From: Candidatus Bathyarchaeota archaeon
Lineage (GTDB): Archaea > Thermoproteota > Bathyarchaeia > Bathyarchaeales > Bathycorpusculaceae
Length of the DNA stretch: 64,000 bases
NCBI GenBank assembly: GCA_963707955.1
Contig: OY970176.1
Span: 1,088,001 to 1,152,000 of the forward strand
Direction of reading: 5' to 3'
Shown here piece by piece: positions 10,266-20,649 of this stretch. The notes beneath the pieces are model-generated. The model searched no databases, had not been told where the DNA came from, and saw only the letters and a list, made by a program, of their open reading frames with translations. Each line of letters opens with the position of its first letter. The stretch's first letter is position 1. A program made the position numbers and the translations under genes.

Positions 10266-11369
10266 CTAAGCCTTCTGTCTGCGCGCGTAGTTTTCAGTCC
10301 CGTAGCCCCTCATGTGAAGCCATTCTGAGGTTTTGCCCTTTATCACAATTGGTGCTCTGCGTAGTGATTCGGTCGAATCTGCTCCAACAAGGAACATGAC
10401 ATTTCTCAACTCGTCCATGAGTAGGGAAAGCGTTTTGCGCGTTTCTTTGACCCCTTTAACTGCGGATTGTAGAATTGGCTGGGAAAGGCTTGCCAAGCTG
10501 GCACCCAGCGCGAGACTCTTCGCAGCATCCACTCCGCTGCGTATTCCTCCAGAAGCGATGACGGGTATACTAACAGATTGAGACACTTCAACAATGCTTG
10601 CCACGGTTGGTATTCCCCAGTCCCAGAAGACGGCGCCTAGCCTGCGCTTTGAACTGCTCTCGGGCCCTTCTGCACGGTAGTATTCGACGGCTGCGAAGCT
10701 TGTGCCGCCTGTTCCGCTCACGTCTATGCCTTTCACGCCTACATTCTCAAGTTTCTTGGCTTCTTCAGCAGCTATGCCGGCGCCTGTCTCCTTTGCAATA
10801 ACCGGCTTGTCTAATTCTTGAGCGACCTTCCCTATGCGTTCGAGAACGCCTCGAAAGTTTGTTTGGCCCTCGGGCTGGGCAGTCTCTTGGAGCGCGTTTA
10901 GGTGTATTGCCAAGGCGTCTGCCTGGATCATTTCCACGGCTCTTTTTGCTTCTTTCAAGCCATAGCCGTTGACAAGTTGCACACCGCCGATGTTTGCGAT
11001 GATGAAGGCGTTTGGAGCTTTTTCTCTGACTACCGCGAAGGTCTTCTCAAGTCTTTTATCCTCTATCGCTGCGCGTTGACTTCCTACACCCATTCCCAAG
11101 CCCAGCTCTTCGACTGCTTCGGCTATCGTTGCGTTGATCTTTTCGCCCTCGCGGGTTCCGCCCGTTATTGCTCCTGCAATCAATGGCGCGGTAAACCTGT
11201 GGCCGAAAACCATGGTGGAGAGGTCTATTCTTTTCCGGTCAACTTGAGGCAGGGCCTTGTGCACGAAGCTTATGTCCTCGAAACCTGTGGTTACGCTCTT
11301 TGCTTGAACGTTCTGGTTCAATGAGATTTTGATGTGCTCTGACTTTCGCTTCGCTGTTTCTTTTGACAA
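10266..11369 (-). CDS. fni: type 2 isopentenyl-diphosphate isomerase
   Basis: RKSEHI, GVGSQR, HLN..QE..QPEG, KETGAG, WDWGIPT. Confidence 0.96.
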   Translation of the reverse strand: MSKETAKRKSEHIKISLNQNVQAKSVTTGFEDISFVHKALPQVDRKRIDLSTMVFGHRFTAPLIAGAITGGTREGEKINATIAEAVEELGLGMGVGSQRAAIEDKRLEKTFAVVREKAPNAFIIANIGGVQLVNGYGLKEAKRAVEMIQADALAIHLNALQETAQPEGQTNFRGVLERIGKVAQELDKPVIAKETGAGIAAEEAKKLENVGVKGIDVSGTGGTSFAAVEYYRAEGPESSSKRRLGAVFWDWGIPTVASIVEVSQSVSIPVIASGGIRSGVDAAKSLALGASLASLSQPILQSAVKGVKETRKTLSLLMDELRNVMFLVGADSTESLRRAPIVIKGKTSEWLHMRGYGTENYARRQKA

Positions 11370-11373
11370 GACT

Positions 11374-12174
11374 CTATTCCTTCTCTATTACCGTACCCTT
11401 TACTGCTTCTCCTTCAAGGGCCTTGTAAACGTAACGGGGTTTTGATGCGTTGACGACCGTAACCGGAATGTTCAGTTCGACAGCTGGTATGAGTTCCGCC
11501 ATTTTACCGAACATACCGCCGGTGACGTCGCAGGTCGTTGCCTTGCCCAGCTTGCCTTGAAGACCCTTCAGCTCTTCGAGTGTCAGACGGTCCAGCATCT
11601 TCGCGGTTTTTACAAGTTTCGGGTCGGCATCATAGACTCCGTCAACGTCGACTCCGATTACTATGCGGGCTGCCTCGAACCGTATAGCAAGCGCTGAGAC
11701 AAGCTGGTCGCCCGACAGCACCGTGAAACCTAGCTTTGTGTCCAACACAGCGTCTCCGTAAAGGACGGGTGTGAAGCCCATCTTCAACAGCGACTTTACC
11801 GAGGCTTCCTCGAACTGCCTGATTCTTCCGTTTTCTGTGATTATGCAGGATAAAGGTGACACGCTTACCGCTGGCAAGTCGTGCCAAATGAGAGAATCCA
11901 TGAACAAGCCGTTGAGCACAGTCATGTAATGATGAGTAACGGAGAAACCGACCTTCTGTGACTCTTCTTTGTAACCTTCCTTTATCGCATATTCTTCCGC
12001 TGAGGGATGACCGAAGCTTCCCCCTCCGTGGACGATTATCAGGTTTTGCATGCTAGCCCCATGTATCTCCCCTGCCAGGCGGTTTATCTCCTGCGTCTTA
12101 GCGGCAAGCTGTCCTTCCTTGTCTGTTATCACTGAACCGCCGATTTTCAGGATCGTAGGTCTAAGGCTGCTCAA
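11374..12174 (-). CDS. ipk: isopentenyl phosphate kinase
   Basis: LKIGGSVITDK, HGGGSFGH, SGD, DVTGGM..K. Confidence 0.93.
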   Translation of the reverse strand: MSSLRPTILKIGGSVITDKEGQLAAKTQEINRLAGEIHGASMQNLIIVHGGGSFGHPSAEEYAIKEGYKEESQKVGFSVTHHYMTVLNGLFMDSLIWHDLPAVSVSPLSCIITENGRIRQFEEASVKSLLKMGFTPVLYGDAVLDTKLGFTVLSGDQLVSALAIRFEAARIVIGVDVDGVYDADPKLVKTAKMLDRLTLEELKGLQGKLGKATTCDVTGGMFGKMAELIPAVELNIPVTVVNASKPRYVYKALEGEAVKGTVIEKE

Positions 12175-13144
12175 CCCTTACGCCCTCGTCTGTTTTCCTC
12201 GCCTTGAAGGGTCTGCCTCCAGCCCTCATGATTCCCTGCAAAACATCCTCAAGCTTGTCATTTTCGGCTAAGGCAATCATGCATCCGCCTCCGCCAGCTC
12301 CAGTCAGTTTCGCCCCCAGAGCTCCTGATTTTTTCGCCGCGTTTATCAGCCATTCAAGCGATTCATCGGAGACGCCTACTCCGTAGAGCAGGGCATGATT
12401 GATGTTCATAAGGTCCCCAAGAGTCTTCAGGTCGTTCGCTCTTAAGGCGTCAATGGCTCTGAGCACGATTTCCCGCGCAACCTTCCTCATAGGTTCAGCG
12501 ATCTGCGGATAGTTATTCATCAAGTTTCGCACTTTTTCAACCTGAACTCTCGTGGACCTTTCAACACCGGTGTCTCCGACGACCAGGGGAATGTCCGTTT
12601 TAACTTCAAGAGCCTTGAACCCTGTGTCCGTTTGAAACAGGAGGGCCCCACCGAAAGTAGCTATCGCCGGGTCCACGCCTGAAGGTGTGCCGTGCACAAG
12701 CTTTTCAGCTTCGAGGGCGACACGGAAAATGTCTTCCTTCGACATTTTCACGTTCAGAAGAGCGCCAACCGCCGCAGTTACAGCGACCACCACTGCGGCA
12801 GAAGACCCAAGACCAGCAGCAACAGGCACTGTTGAGTTGATCTCGATGTTCAGACCGATATCACTCTTGTGTGCAGCCAGGACTTTTTCCACGGCCAACT
12901 TAACTGGCTCAAACCTCAACTTGGCTTCTCTCGCGTCTCCCTTTTCAACTTTGAAAACTCCGTCTTCAAAGTAGCCTTTCAGGTTCAGGTTTGCCGACTG
13001 GACGTGGACGCGTTTGTCCTCGCTGCGGTCCACCGTTGCGTAGGCTCTCCTGTCTATGGCCAAAACAATCGCGGGCTCGCCGTAGACTACGAAGTGTTCT
13101 CCGAAAAGTATGACTTTTGCTGGAGCTGAGGCAACGACTCCCAT
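12161..13144 (-). CDS. mvk: mevalonate kinase
   Basis: APAKVILFGEHFVVYG, GLGSSAA, KLTGAGGGG. Confidence 0.96.
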   Translation of the reverse strand: MGVVASAPAKVILFGEHFVVYGEPAIVLAIDRRAYATVDRSEDKRVHVQSANLNLKGYFEDGVFKVEKGDAREAKLRFEPVKLAVEKVLAAHKSDIGLNIEINSTVPVAAGLGSSAAVVVAVTAAVGALLNVKMSKEDIFRVALEAEKLVHGTPSGVDPAIATFGGALLFQTDTGFKALEVKTDIPLVVGDTGVERSTRVQVEKVRNLMNNYPQIAEPMRKVAREIVLRAIDALRANDLKTLGDLMNINHALLYGVGVSDESLEWLINAAKKSGALGAKLTGAGGGGCMIALAENDKLEDVLQGIMRAGGRPFKARKTDEGVRVEQP

Positions 13145-13153
13145 CCTGAACCA

Positions 13154-14005
13154 CTATTTTGTGAAACAGACGGCGGCGTACCCAACGACGCTTGAGTAGT
13201 CGCCAATCACATCTCCACTGGTCTTATAGCATAATAATTTTGCCTCTTTTGCCCCCAAAACCTTTGCAGCCCTTATCAGGGCCGCGATTGGCCCAACACC
13301 GCACGCGCTGATTTGATGAGACTCGACGGTTGAGATGAAACGGGCTTCATCCATTGCCTCCACTCCTTCAAGCGCTTTTCTGTCCTTTCTTTCGGCGATT
13401 TCCTGAGGCTCGTAGTGAGTCATGTCTGAAGAAGCTATGATAACAGCGTTCTTTTGAGAGGCAACCTTCGCCACGGCCTCTCCCACTTCTCTTGCTGAGG
13501 ACAAATCCTGCATCTGGAAACAGATCGGCACGATCTTGAATTCTGAACGATAAAGATACTGGAGAAATGGGAGCTGAACCTCGATTGAATGTTCATAATT
13601 GTGAGCAGAATCATCGACATCAATGATTCGAGAATCTCGTGCGACTTGATCGGCTGCTTCACCGTCAACTTCAACGTCGCCCAGCGGCGTGCGCCAAGAA
13701 CCCTCGTTCACGATGGCTAAGCCGCTTCCCACTCCTGTGTGGTTCGGTCCGAACAGGAACACAACGTCCGGTTTGCCGTCAGCAGATAGACGATAATAGG
13801 CGTGAGCGGCAACGGGGCCTGAAAACATGTAACCAGCGTGGGGACAGATGAGGCCTACAACTCGCCTAGGCCCAGTCGTCACAACTTTCGGAAGTTCTCC
13901 TGGCCCAAGCCTGCTGAGGAAACAGCCTTCTATCTGGCGCCTCAGCGGTTCAGCCTTCGCCTCGTAGAACGCTCCGGCTTGGCATGGACGCCGAACCCCA
14001 ACCAT
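13154..14005 (-). CDS. MEMO1 family protein (AmmeMemoRadiSam protein B)
   Basis: PHAGYMFSG, GPNHTG, EHSIEVQLPFLQ, SSDMTHY, VVGYA; ATG at 14005. Confidence 0.93.
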   Translation of the reverse strand: MVGVRRPCQAGAFYEAKAEPLRRQIEGCFLSRLGPGELPKVVTTGPRRVVGLICPHAGYMFSGPVAAHAYYRLSADGKPDVVFLFGPNHTGVGSGLAIVNEGSWRTPLGDVEVDGEAADQVARDSRIIDVDDSAHNYEHSIEVQLPFLQYLYRSEFKIVPICFQMQDLSSAREVGEAVAKVASQKNAVIIASSDMTHYEPQEIAERKDRKALEGVEAMDEARFISTVESHQISACGVGPIAALIRAAKVLGAKEAKLLCYKTSGDVIGDYSSVVGYAAVCFTK

Positions 14006-14009
14006 CCTT

Positions 14010-14768
14010 TTAGGTTTCCTCCTCCTCCCTCGTGATCTTGGCTTCAAAATCATCAATCGTAAGAGGTAAATCCTTGTCAGCGGCCAGTTCACCGCGCTCC
14101 CTCAACACCTGCCTCGCCAGTAGCCAGTAGATGACGGCCAAGGCTCGCCTACCTTTGTTGTTTGTGGGAACAACAAGGTCGACCCCTACAAACTCGTTGT
14201 CCGTGCTGCACAAGGCCACGACCGGTATGCCGACGGAGGACGCCTCCTTGACTGCCTGAAGATCTGCCCTCGGGTCGGACACTATCAACACGTCCGGTTC
14301 AATGCGGTTAGGATACAACGGGTTTGACAAGAGTCCAGGGATGAACCTTCCAGCCACTGCAGTTGCTCCAGTAGCCTGACAGAACTTGGTTACAGGCTCT
14401 TGGGCGTAAAGCCTAGCCGCCACCGCAGCGATTTTTGCAGGCTCGAACCGAGCTAGGAACTTGGCTGCCACCCGTATTCGATCATCTGTCTTCTTGACAT
14501 CTAACACGAAAAGTCCGTCAGGCCTCACGCGGTATATGAATTGTTCCATGTCGCCTGTTTTCATTCTTGTCCCGATGTGTATCCCAGCAGACAGCAAGGT
14601 ATCCTGTGGCAGGAGAAGCTCTTCTTCAGGGGCCACCACCTCGGTTGTCCCTGCAGCCTCCGTGTTCTCTGTGTTCTCTGCAGGTTTCACTTCTTCCTTC
14701 ATCTCGTCCTGCTTGTCTTCTTCTTCATTTCCTTCTTTGATTTCTTCGTCTTCTGACAAACCTTTCAT
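14010..14768 (-). CDS. rps2: 30S ribosomal protein S2 with acidic N-terminal extension
   Basis: AGIHIGT, GRFIPG, PTNNKGR.AL. Confidence 0.96.
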   Translation of the reverse strand: MKGLSEDEEIKEGNEEEDKQDEMKEEVKPAENTENTEAAGTTEVVAPEEELLLPQDTLLSAGIHIGTRMKTGDMEQFIYRVRPDGLFVLDVKKTDDRIRVAAKFLARFEPAKIAAVAARLYAQEPVTKFCQATGATAVAGRFIPGLLSNPLYPNRIEPDVLIVSDPRADLQAVKEASSVGIPVVALCSTDNEFVGVDLVVPTNNKGRRALAVIYWLLARQVLRERGELAADKDLPLTIDDFEAKITREEEET

Positions 14769-16027
14769 GCTCCCTTCAAAACTTCAAGATCCGCCATTCT
14801 GGCCCTGTCTCCGAGGAACTCCTCAATCCTTATCAGCTCGTTTATCTTTGCCGTGCGCGCAGCCTCGACGACTCCGGCCTTTATCACTGGACACTTATAG
14901 GCCACGGCCAGTTGGGCTATGTGCCAGTCGCACGTGTCACCCGAACGGTGGGACATCACTGGAAGGTACCCGTGTCTTTTTGCCATTTCAATCGTTTCCC
15001 AAGCATCAGAGAGAGTTCCCACCTGGTTCACCTTTATTATGATGGCGTTTGCCGCGTGCATCCTTATCCCACGGTTAAGCCTTTCACTGTTTGTCGTGAA
15101 AAGGTCGTCTCCACAGACTAAGCAGCCCTTGATCTTCTTGGAGAGTTCTGCAAAGCTGCTAAAATCTTCCTCGTGAAAAGGGTCTTCAACGTAGACCAAG
15201 TGATACTTCTTGGCCAGTTCGAGAACAAACTCCAACTGTTCGCCTGAATCGCGCTTCTTCTTTTCCCTTTCGTAGTTGTATTTTTTCTCTTTGCCATTCC
15301 AGAGTGAAGACGATGCAAAATCGACGCCCATGCTGCACGCAAGACCCAGTTCGCTGCCTATTTCCTCACAGGCTTGGGTCAAAACTTCGAATGCCTCCGT
15401 GTCTCCTATGTTGGCGGCCCAAGCTCCCTCATCACTTCTTCCGCCGGTGAAAAGCTTGTCCTTCTTGCTCAGTGTTTCACCGACTTTCTTGTGAACCTGA
15501 ACGTTTGCCATGGCAGCTTCCAAGAAGGATTCGGCTCCGTGAGAAATCACCAGAAACTCTTGAATGTCCGGAGATTTTCCGCGCGTGTGTTGTCCACCGC
15601 TTAAAATGTTTCCCAGTGGATAGGGAAGCTCGCAGGCAACGTGTCCGCCTAAGTATCGGAAGAGGAGAAGTCCGCTGGAGTTTGCGGCTGCCTCGGCAGT
15701 GGCCAGCGAAACGGCGAAAGCAGCGTTGCCGCCGATCGACCTGAAGTCTTTTGAACCGTCGATTTCGTGCAGTGTACTGTCGATTTCTTCTTGGCAATCG
15801 GCGTTTAGCCCTATGATCTCTGGGGCTACAAGCTCTTCAACCCTTTTTATTGCCTGTTCAACCCCGCCTTGCGGATAGTAGACGACCTCCGTTTTTCCAC
15901 GGCTCTTTCCAGCGGGCGCTGCGACTCTCCCGAAGCCTGAAGCGGTTATTACATCAACTTCTATCGTTTCCTCTCCCCGGTTGTTGAAGACTTTTCTTGC
16001 TATGACATCCTCAATCACAGCCGCCAT
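14765..16027 (-). CDS. eno: enolase
   Basis: QEF, EDPF.E.D, GDDLFTTN, KVNQVGT, SHRSGDT, K.NEL.RIEE. Confidence 0.92.
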   Translation of the reverse strand: MAAVIEDVIARKVFNNRGEETIEVDVITASGFGRVAAPAGKSRGKTEVVYYPQGGVEQAIKRVEELVAPEIIGLNADCQEEIDSTLHEIDGSKDFRSIGGNAAFAVSLATAEAAANSSGLLLFRYLGGHVACELPYPLGNILSGGQHTRGKSPDIQEFLVISHGAESFLEAAMANVQVHKKVGETLSKKDKLFTGGRSDEGAWAANIGDTEAFEVLTQACEEIGSELGLACSMGVDFASSSLWNGKEKKYNYEREKKKRDSGEQLEFVLELAKKYHLVYVEDPFHEEDFSSFAELSKKIKGCLVCGDDLFTTNSERLNRGIRMHAANAIIIKVNQVGTLSDAWETIEMAKRHGYLPVMSHRSGDTCDWHIAQLAVAYKCPVIKAGVVEAARTAKINELIRIEEFLGDRARMADLEVLKGA

Positions 16028-16050
16028 TGCTTTCTCCTCGATTGTCCTCA

Positions 16051-16278
16051 CTAGTAGTTTCTTGCCTCTTTCCGTTTCTCAGCCTCTTCATAAAAGCGCA
16101 GGACTTCGTCCAAAATCTCCACGTGCGACAGAAGCATGCGTCTGCAGCAGTAGCGTGTTACTCCCAGGCTGTCCAGCACTTCACCGGCGTTTTCACCGGC
16201 TTTGACTCTTCTGGCGAATTCTTCCCATTTGTCCCCGATCAGTTTGCCACACGTGAAACATCTTACAGGGATTATCAA
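16051..16278 (-). CDS. rpoN: RNA polymerase subunit N (Rpo10)
   Basis: [12 protein letters not shown]...RYCCRRM. Confidence 0.97.
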   Translation of the reverse strand: MIIPVRCFTCGKLIGDKWEEFARRVKAGENAGEVLDSLGVTRYCCRRMLLSHVEILDEVLRFYEEAEKRKEARNY

Positions 16279-16293
16279 CTCGGTTCAACCTCT

Positions 16294-16704
16294 TTACCGG
16301 TAGCTCTTTTGGTCTCTCGACCGAGCGCCTGACCCGCCGAATTTTTTAGGCTCTTTCTTCCTGGAGTCTCCTGCAATCATTGTTCTGTCGTATTCTGCAA
16401 AAAGAGTCCGTAAATGAGTGCTCTTGGTCCACTTCAATATCGCGTTAGCGATGGCCGTGCGGGCGGCCTCTGCCTGGCCCATGTAACCTCCCCCCGAGGT
16501 TTTCACGTCCAAGTCTAGCTGTTTCCAAATCTCATCTCCAGCCTGCACGAGCGGTTCCATCATCTTCTCACGTGCGATTTCGGGTTCAAAAATCTCCAGG
16601 GGGATTCGGTTTACGTAGACTCTTCCAACGCCCGGTCTCACGACTGCGCGTGAAAGGGCTGTTTTCCTCTTTCCGCTCACCACGAGAGTTTTCTTAGCAG
16701 GCAC
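16294..16704 (-). CDS. rps9: 30S ribosomal protein S9
   Basis: GKRKTA, GGG..GQAEA, EPKKFGG.GAR..QKSYR. Confidence 0.97.
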   Translation of the reverse strand: MPAKKTLVVSGKRKTALSRAVVRPGVGRVYVNRIPLEIFEPEIAREKMMEPLVQAGDEIWKQLDLDVKTSGGGYMGQAEAARTAIANAILKWTKSTHLRTLFAEYDRTMIAGDSRKKEPKKFGGSGARSRDQKSYR

Positions 16705-16706
16705 TC

Positions 16707-17150
16707 TTATTCACCCTGGTTCCACCCTATTCTTTTCGCCAACTCGCCGACTGTGAAGCATGGGCATGTTAGCTTTTTTGCCTGAGCTTCCGGTACGGTT
16801 TCCATCTTCTGGTTTTTGAGGTTGTCCGGAATTCCTATGAACACTTTCAGCCGTTTGTACGCTTGTTTTCCCTTAGGTTTCTTTGACGGTATCATGCCTC
16901 CGACGGTCTTTCTGACTATTCTGTCAGGTCGTCTGTAGTGGAATGGTCCCCGGTTAACGCCTCCCACCGCCAGAAACTCTTTGGCTTCAGCTACTTTGCT
17001 TCTTTTCCTTCCGGACATCACCGCTTTCTCAGCGTTCACAATCACTATTTTCTCACCGGTCAACAGGCGTTTGGCAATTTTGCTTGCCATCCTGCCCAGT
17101 ATCAGCCCGTCAGCATTTACTACCGTGGCAGGTTTACTAGTTGTCTCCAT
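16707..17150 (-). CDS. rpl13: 50S ribosomal protein L13
   Basis: ILGRMAS.IAK, VNAEKAV.SG, GPFHYRRPD. Confidence 0.96.
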   Translation of the reverse strand: METTSKPATVVNADGLILGRMASKIAKRLLTGEKIVIVNAEKAVMSGRKRSKVAEAKEFLAVGGVNRGPFHYRRPDRIVRKTVGGMIPSKKPKGKQAYKRLKVFIGIPDNLKNQKMETVPEAQAKKLTCPCFTVGELAKRIGWNQGE

Positions 17151-17154
17151 ATTT

Positions 17155-17517
17155 TCACCCAATGATCTTGACGTTTGACCCCTTAGGGTTTTTCTTGATA
17201 AGGTCGAAGAAGGACAAACACTTTCCCCTCGCAGCCGCTATCTTTTCCCTTGCCCTTGCAGAGAACGCAAACGCTGCTATCGTTACAGGATGGCTTAATT
17301 TGCCCGTGGCCAGCACCTTGCCAGCAACGGCGACTGTCTCGCTCCTGCGCGTGAACCTGTTCAAGCGGCTCAGGTTCACGACGACGCCTCTTTTTCTTGG
17401 CTTGGCAAGACGTTCGGCAACGTCCCACCAGATCTTAGCATCGTTCTCTCTGCATTGCTTCTTGAGGAATTTAATGACTTCCAAGAGTTCTGGGTTTGTG
17501 GCCTTAATCTTCTTCAC
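17155..17517 (-). CDS. rpl18e: 50S ribosomal protein L18e
   Basis: TNP, VNLSRLNR, GKVL..G, NPKG. Confidence 0.95.
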   Translation of the reverse strand: MKKIKATNPELLEVIKFLKKQCRENDAKIWWDVAERLAKPRKRGVVVNLSRLNRFTRRSETVAVAGKVLATGKLSHPVTIAAFAFSARAREKIAAARGKCLSFFDLIKKNPKGSNVKIIG

Positions 17518-18337
17518 TCTTCTTCACCTTGATTTGGCTCTCAAGATCCTTCAGGTGCTTGTCCAGTGTTTTGACGGCTTCCGTGAGGATTCGTTCAGGA
17601 GCAAGTGCCTGTGTGGACTCGATACTGAATATGTAGGCATCTTCTTCTCCAGAAACCGTTATTGCACGCGGGTTCTCCGGGCAAACTTCAGCGCAGTCTT
17701 GGCAAAGTGTGCAAGCCATCAGGTCGCGAACTTCAATTCTGTTGTTAGTTTTGACCAAGACCTTCCTTGGACACATTTCCACGCATTTTCCACAGACACT
17801 GCACTTCTTGCTTATCTCGATGTTGGGGAAGTACTTGTATGTGCACATTGAAACTGGCTGCCACTTTGCGTGATTTTTTCCTTTCCCAAGCCTAGCGTAA
17901 GCCTCAAGCCTTATTTTCTGCTCTTTGGCCAGTTTCACGATTGGAATCTTGTCGCTCACCGCCACAACCGATTCGCTCTCTGATTTAAGGTCGCCTGAAT
18001 AGATTGTCCTGGACCCTTCCTTTGCTTCGACGTCAAGAGCGAGTGTCACCCTGCAGAGGTTGCATCCGAATTCGCTTTTGCATGGACATTCTTCAGGCAG
18101 GTTATAACTGTCCAAGTCGGTCTTAAGAGGAATAAGCCCAAGTCTGTGGGCGATAATCTCATCTTGAAGTATCGACGAGTTCTCAACCATCACGATTTCG
18201 TCTATCGCCATGCATGGCACCTCTGAGAGTACTATCCTTCTCAGAGCGTTAACGTACGGAACGCTCACTCCTCGAATGAGCAGGCGCAGATTGTCCTCGT
18301 CTTTCTTTATCACCTTTATTTCCACTTGCTTGGACAC
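17504..18337 (-). CDS. rpoD: RNA polymerase subunit D (Rpo3) with ferredoxin-like insert
   Basis: NALRRI, DEIIAHRLGLIP, HAKWQP; two CxxCxxCxxxCP motifs; start position approximate. Confidence 0.95.
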   Translation of the reverse strand: MSKQVEIKVIKKDEDNLRLLIRGVSVPYVNALRRIVLSEVPCMAIDEIVMVENSSILQDEIIAHRLGLIPLKTDLDSYNLPEECPCKSEFGCNLCRVTLALDVEAKEGSRTIYSGDLKSESESVVAVSDKIPIVKLAKEQKIRLEAYARLGKGKNHAKWQPVSMCTYKYFPNIEISKKCSVCGKCVEMCPRKVLVKTNNRIEVRDLMACTLCQDCAEVCPENPRAITVSGEEDAYIFSIESTQALAPERILTEAVKTLDKHLKDLESQIKVKKSEED

Positions 18338-18430
18338 TCCATAACGGCCTATGCTAACCAGCGTGCCGTTCAATAAGACATTGGTGCATTATTTCAATTT
18401 TTCTATCAGAAGAAGAACAGCAGGAACCTC

Positions 18431-18832
18431 TTAGACTCTTCTTCCCCTTCTGCCGCCTGGCCTCCTTGTGCCATCATGCGGGATAGGTGTAACCTCTTCT
18501 ATCCGTTCTATCCGGAAACCTGCCCTTGCTAACGCTCTGATTGCTGCCTGAGCGCCTGGTCCAGGCGTTCTTGGACCTGCGCCTCCCGGAGCTCTCACTT
18601 TGATGTGTATCGCGGTTATGCCCTTGTCCTTGGCCGTGTCGGCCGCCAGTGAAGCTGCACGCATTGCAGCGTACGGCGAAGATTCCATCCTGGAGGCTTT
18701 CACAACCATGCCTCCAGACGTTCTGGCTATTGTTTCTGCACCAGAGAGGTCGGTCACGTGGATTATTGTGTTGTTATAGGAGCTGAAAATGTGAACAACT
18801 GCCCATTTTTCGGTCTTCTTGCTGAAACTCAA
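18431..18832 (-). CDS. rps11: 30S ribosomal protein S11
   Basis: [31 protein letters not shown]. Confidence 0.97.
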   Translation of the reverse strand: MSFSKKTEKWAVVHIFSSYNNTIIHVTDLSGAETIARTSGGMVVKASRMESSPYAAMRAASLAADTAKDKGITAIHIKVRAPGGAGPRTPGPGAQAAIRALARAGFRIERIEEVTPIPHDGTRRPGGRRGRRV

Positions 18833-19404
18833 AAGTCTTCTCGCTCTCCTCTTACCTTCTCGCGGCTAGCCTGTGACTGGGGCGCCGCAGTTATTGTCTG
18901 GCGCAAAGGGTGACTTGGATTTGCAAGTCCGCTTTGAGCCATGTAGTCTATTTGGCCTTCTTGAGGCTTTGTCACCATATGACCAGGTATCTTAACTCTC
19001 TGGTCCCCTATCGTTACGTGTCCATGAGTAATGAGCTGGCGGGATTGTTGGATCGTCTTTGCTAGGCCCTTACGCAAGACGATCGTTTGCAGTCTTCGTT
19101 CAAGGATGTCTTCTATCGTCATGTCCAGAACGTCGTCCAAGACTGCCGTTTCAGGAAGAATGCCCAGCCTCTTCAAACGGGTTAAGAGTTCTTCTTCCAT
19201 TTTCTTGCGTTCCTCAGGCGTCTTACCTATGAGCGAGCGAGCCGTGCCCCTGAACGTCGACAGCATCGTTTCTTGCCGCCAAAGTTCATGCTTGTTTCTC
19301 AAACCGTACTGGCCAATTAGCTTAAGCTCTGCCTGCATTATGTCTGTTCGCCATGGAAATCGCGGAGTGTCGTACTTCTTTCTCTGCTTCCTTGGGTCGC
19401 CCAT
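18829..19404 (-). CDS. rps4: 30S ribosomal protein S4
   Basis: [28 protein letters not shown]. Confidence 0.97.
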   Translation of the reverse strand: MGDPRKQRKKYDTPRFPWRTDIMQAELKLIGQYGLRNKHELWRQETMLSTFRGTARSLIGKTPEERKKMEEELLTRLKRLGILPETAVLDDVLDMTIEDILERRLQTIVLRKGLAKTIQQSRQLITHGHVTIGDQRVKIPGHMVTKPQEGQIDYMAQSGLANPSHPLRQTITAAPQSQASREKVRGEREDF

Positions 19405-19886
19405 TACTTCTTACTCTCCGCGGCGCCTGGCCTTTGCATGAGCGTTTTCTTCTTGACCCCTAGAGCCTTGCCTGCCCTGCCAGTGGTCTTGGTTCTCTGA
19501 CCCCGCACTTTCAGCCCGTAAGCGTGCCTGTATCCACGCCAAGACTTTATCGACTTCATCTGGTCTATGTCCATCTTAGTCCTTAGAACGAGCCCAGCGC
19601 TGATCAAATGTCCATCCTTCCCTGTCTCCGCGTCTTTTCGTCTGTTCAAAAGCCAGCTTGGCAAACCGTGCGCTGCGGGGTCCTTTATTATCTCTTCCAG
19701 CGAATCTATGTCCTTTTCCGTAAGAAAGCCTGCTCTCTTGTTCGGATTTATTCCCGCCTTGTTCAGTATCGCGTTTCCCAGGCTCAGACTGATCCCTTTG
19801 ATTTTTGACAGCGCGTAAGACGCTTTCAACGTGCCGTCAACGTCAGCGTCTATGATTCTAAGCCTGTACCTGAACTCCTCTGACAT
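19404..19886 (-). CDS. rps13: 30S ribosomal protein S13
   Basis: WLLNRRKD, SWRGYRH..GLKVRGQRT. Confidence 0.97.
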   Translation of the reverse strand: MSEEFRYRLRIIDADVDGTLKASYALSKIKGISLSLGNAILNKAGINPNKRAGFLTEKDIDSLEEIIKDPAAHGLPSWLLNRRKDAETGKDGHLISAGLVLRTKMDIDQMKSIKSWRGYRHAYGLKVRGQRTKTTGRAGKALGVKKKTLMQRPGAAESKK

Positions 19887-20085
19887 TCATTGTCACCCAT
19901 CATTGAGTGAAGCTACCTAGAGATAAACCGTATTTTATTTAAGAATATCGGTCTTCCAACAAAACTTCGTGCTTCCCCGCCTACGCTTCGAGAATGGCTT
20001 TGCCCCTTCGTTGCGAAGCATGTTCACGTTTTCTTTTGTCAACCTCTAGTGTGTAGTCCAACGCATCCCGCACGTTGGTGACCCA

Positions 20086-20142
20086 CTAGGGGTTTGGTTT
20101 CCCGAAGTTCCCGGTCATAAGTAATGCATCGTAGATGTCCAG
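20086..20142 (-). pseudogene. remnant of a dockerin/EF-hand-like C-terminal repeat
   Basis: minus-strand translation LDIYDALLMTGNFGKPNP* with no intact upstream ORF. Confidence 0.4.
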
Positions 20143-20632
20143 CGACTTGAACCTTTATGAGACCTAACCGCTTGATTCAAACGCCACGGCCATAAGTCAC
20201 ACGGTTCAGAGCGGTCATTTTAATGCATAGCGCACATGTTTGTTCCTAAATTCTTAGATTCCGCTCAAGAGGAAGGCATGACGTTTTCCGATGGTCGATG
20301 TTACTGCCACGGTTCGAGCTGGGTCTCTCGTGCTCACACCCTCCCCCCCGGGTATCCTATATGATCCAAATATGATTGAAGAGAGCAGAATGAGCAGCAC
20401 AAGCCACTTTCCAAAAAACTTCAGGAACACGCTAGCGCGCACTGCGCACGTAGAACATAATTCGCAATCGTGCACCATGCTTCATCGTTTTTCCATGAAA
20501 AGTTGTTCAGTTAACGTGAGAATCCTCGTCTAAGACCCCATCAATGTTGAGGATATTGCTAAATCTGAATGAAGATGTCTCCCGGAAAACTCCCCTTTTT
20601 TCTGTCAGCCCATTGTGTTTGTTGAGAGGCGG

Positions 20633-20644
20633 TTAAGTACTTAG
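20633..20644. repeat. TTAAGTACTTAG palindromic site, copy 1 (3' end of ATPase gene)
   Basis: identical 12-mer at 21744-21755; core TAAGTACTTA is a perfect palindrome. Confidence 0.7.
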
Positions 20645-20649
20645 CCCTC

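Noticed and set aside
16027-16300. rpoK and tRNA-Pro absent between rpoN and eno
   Set aside because: Gene-order variation in this superoperon is common; absence from a window says nothing about the genome.
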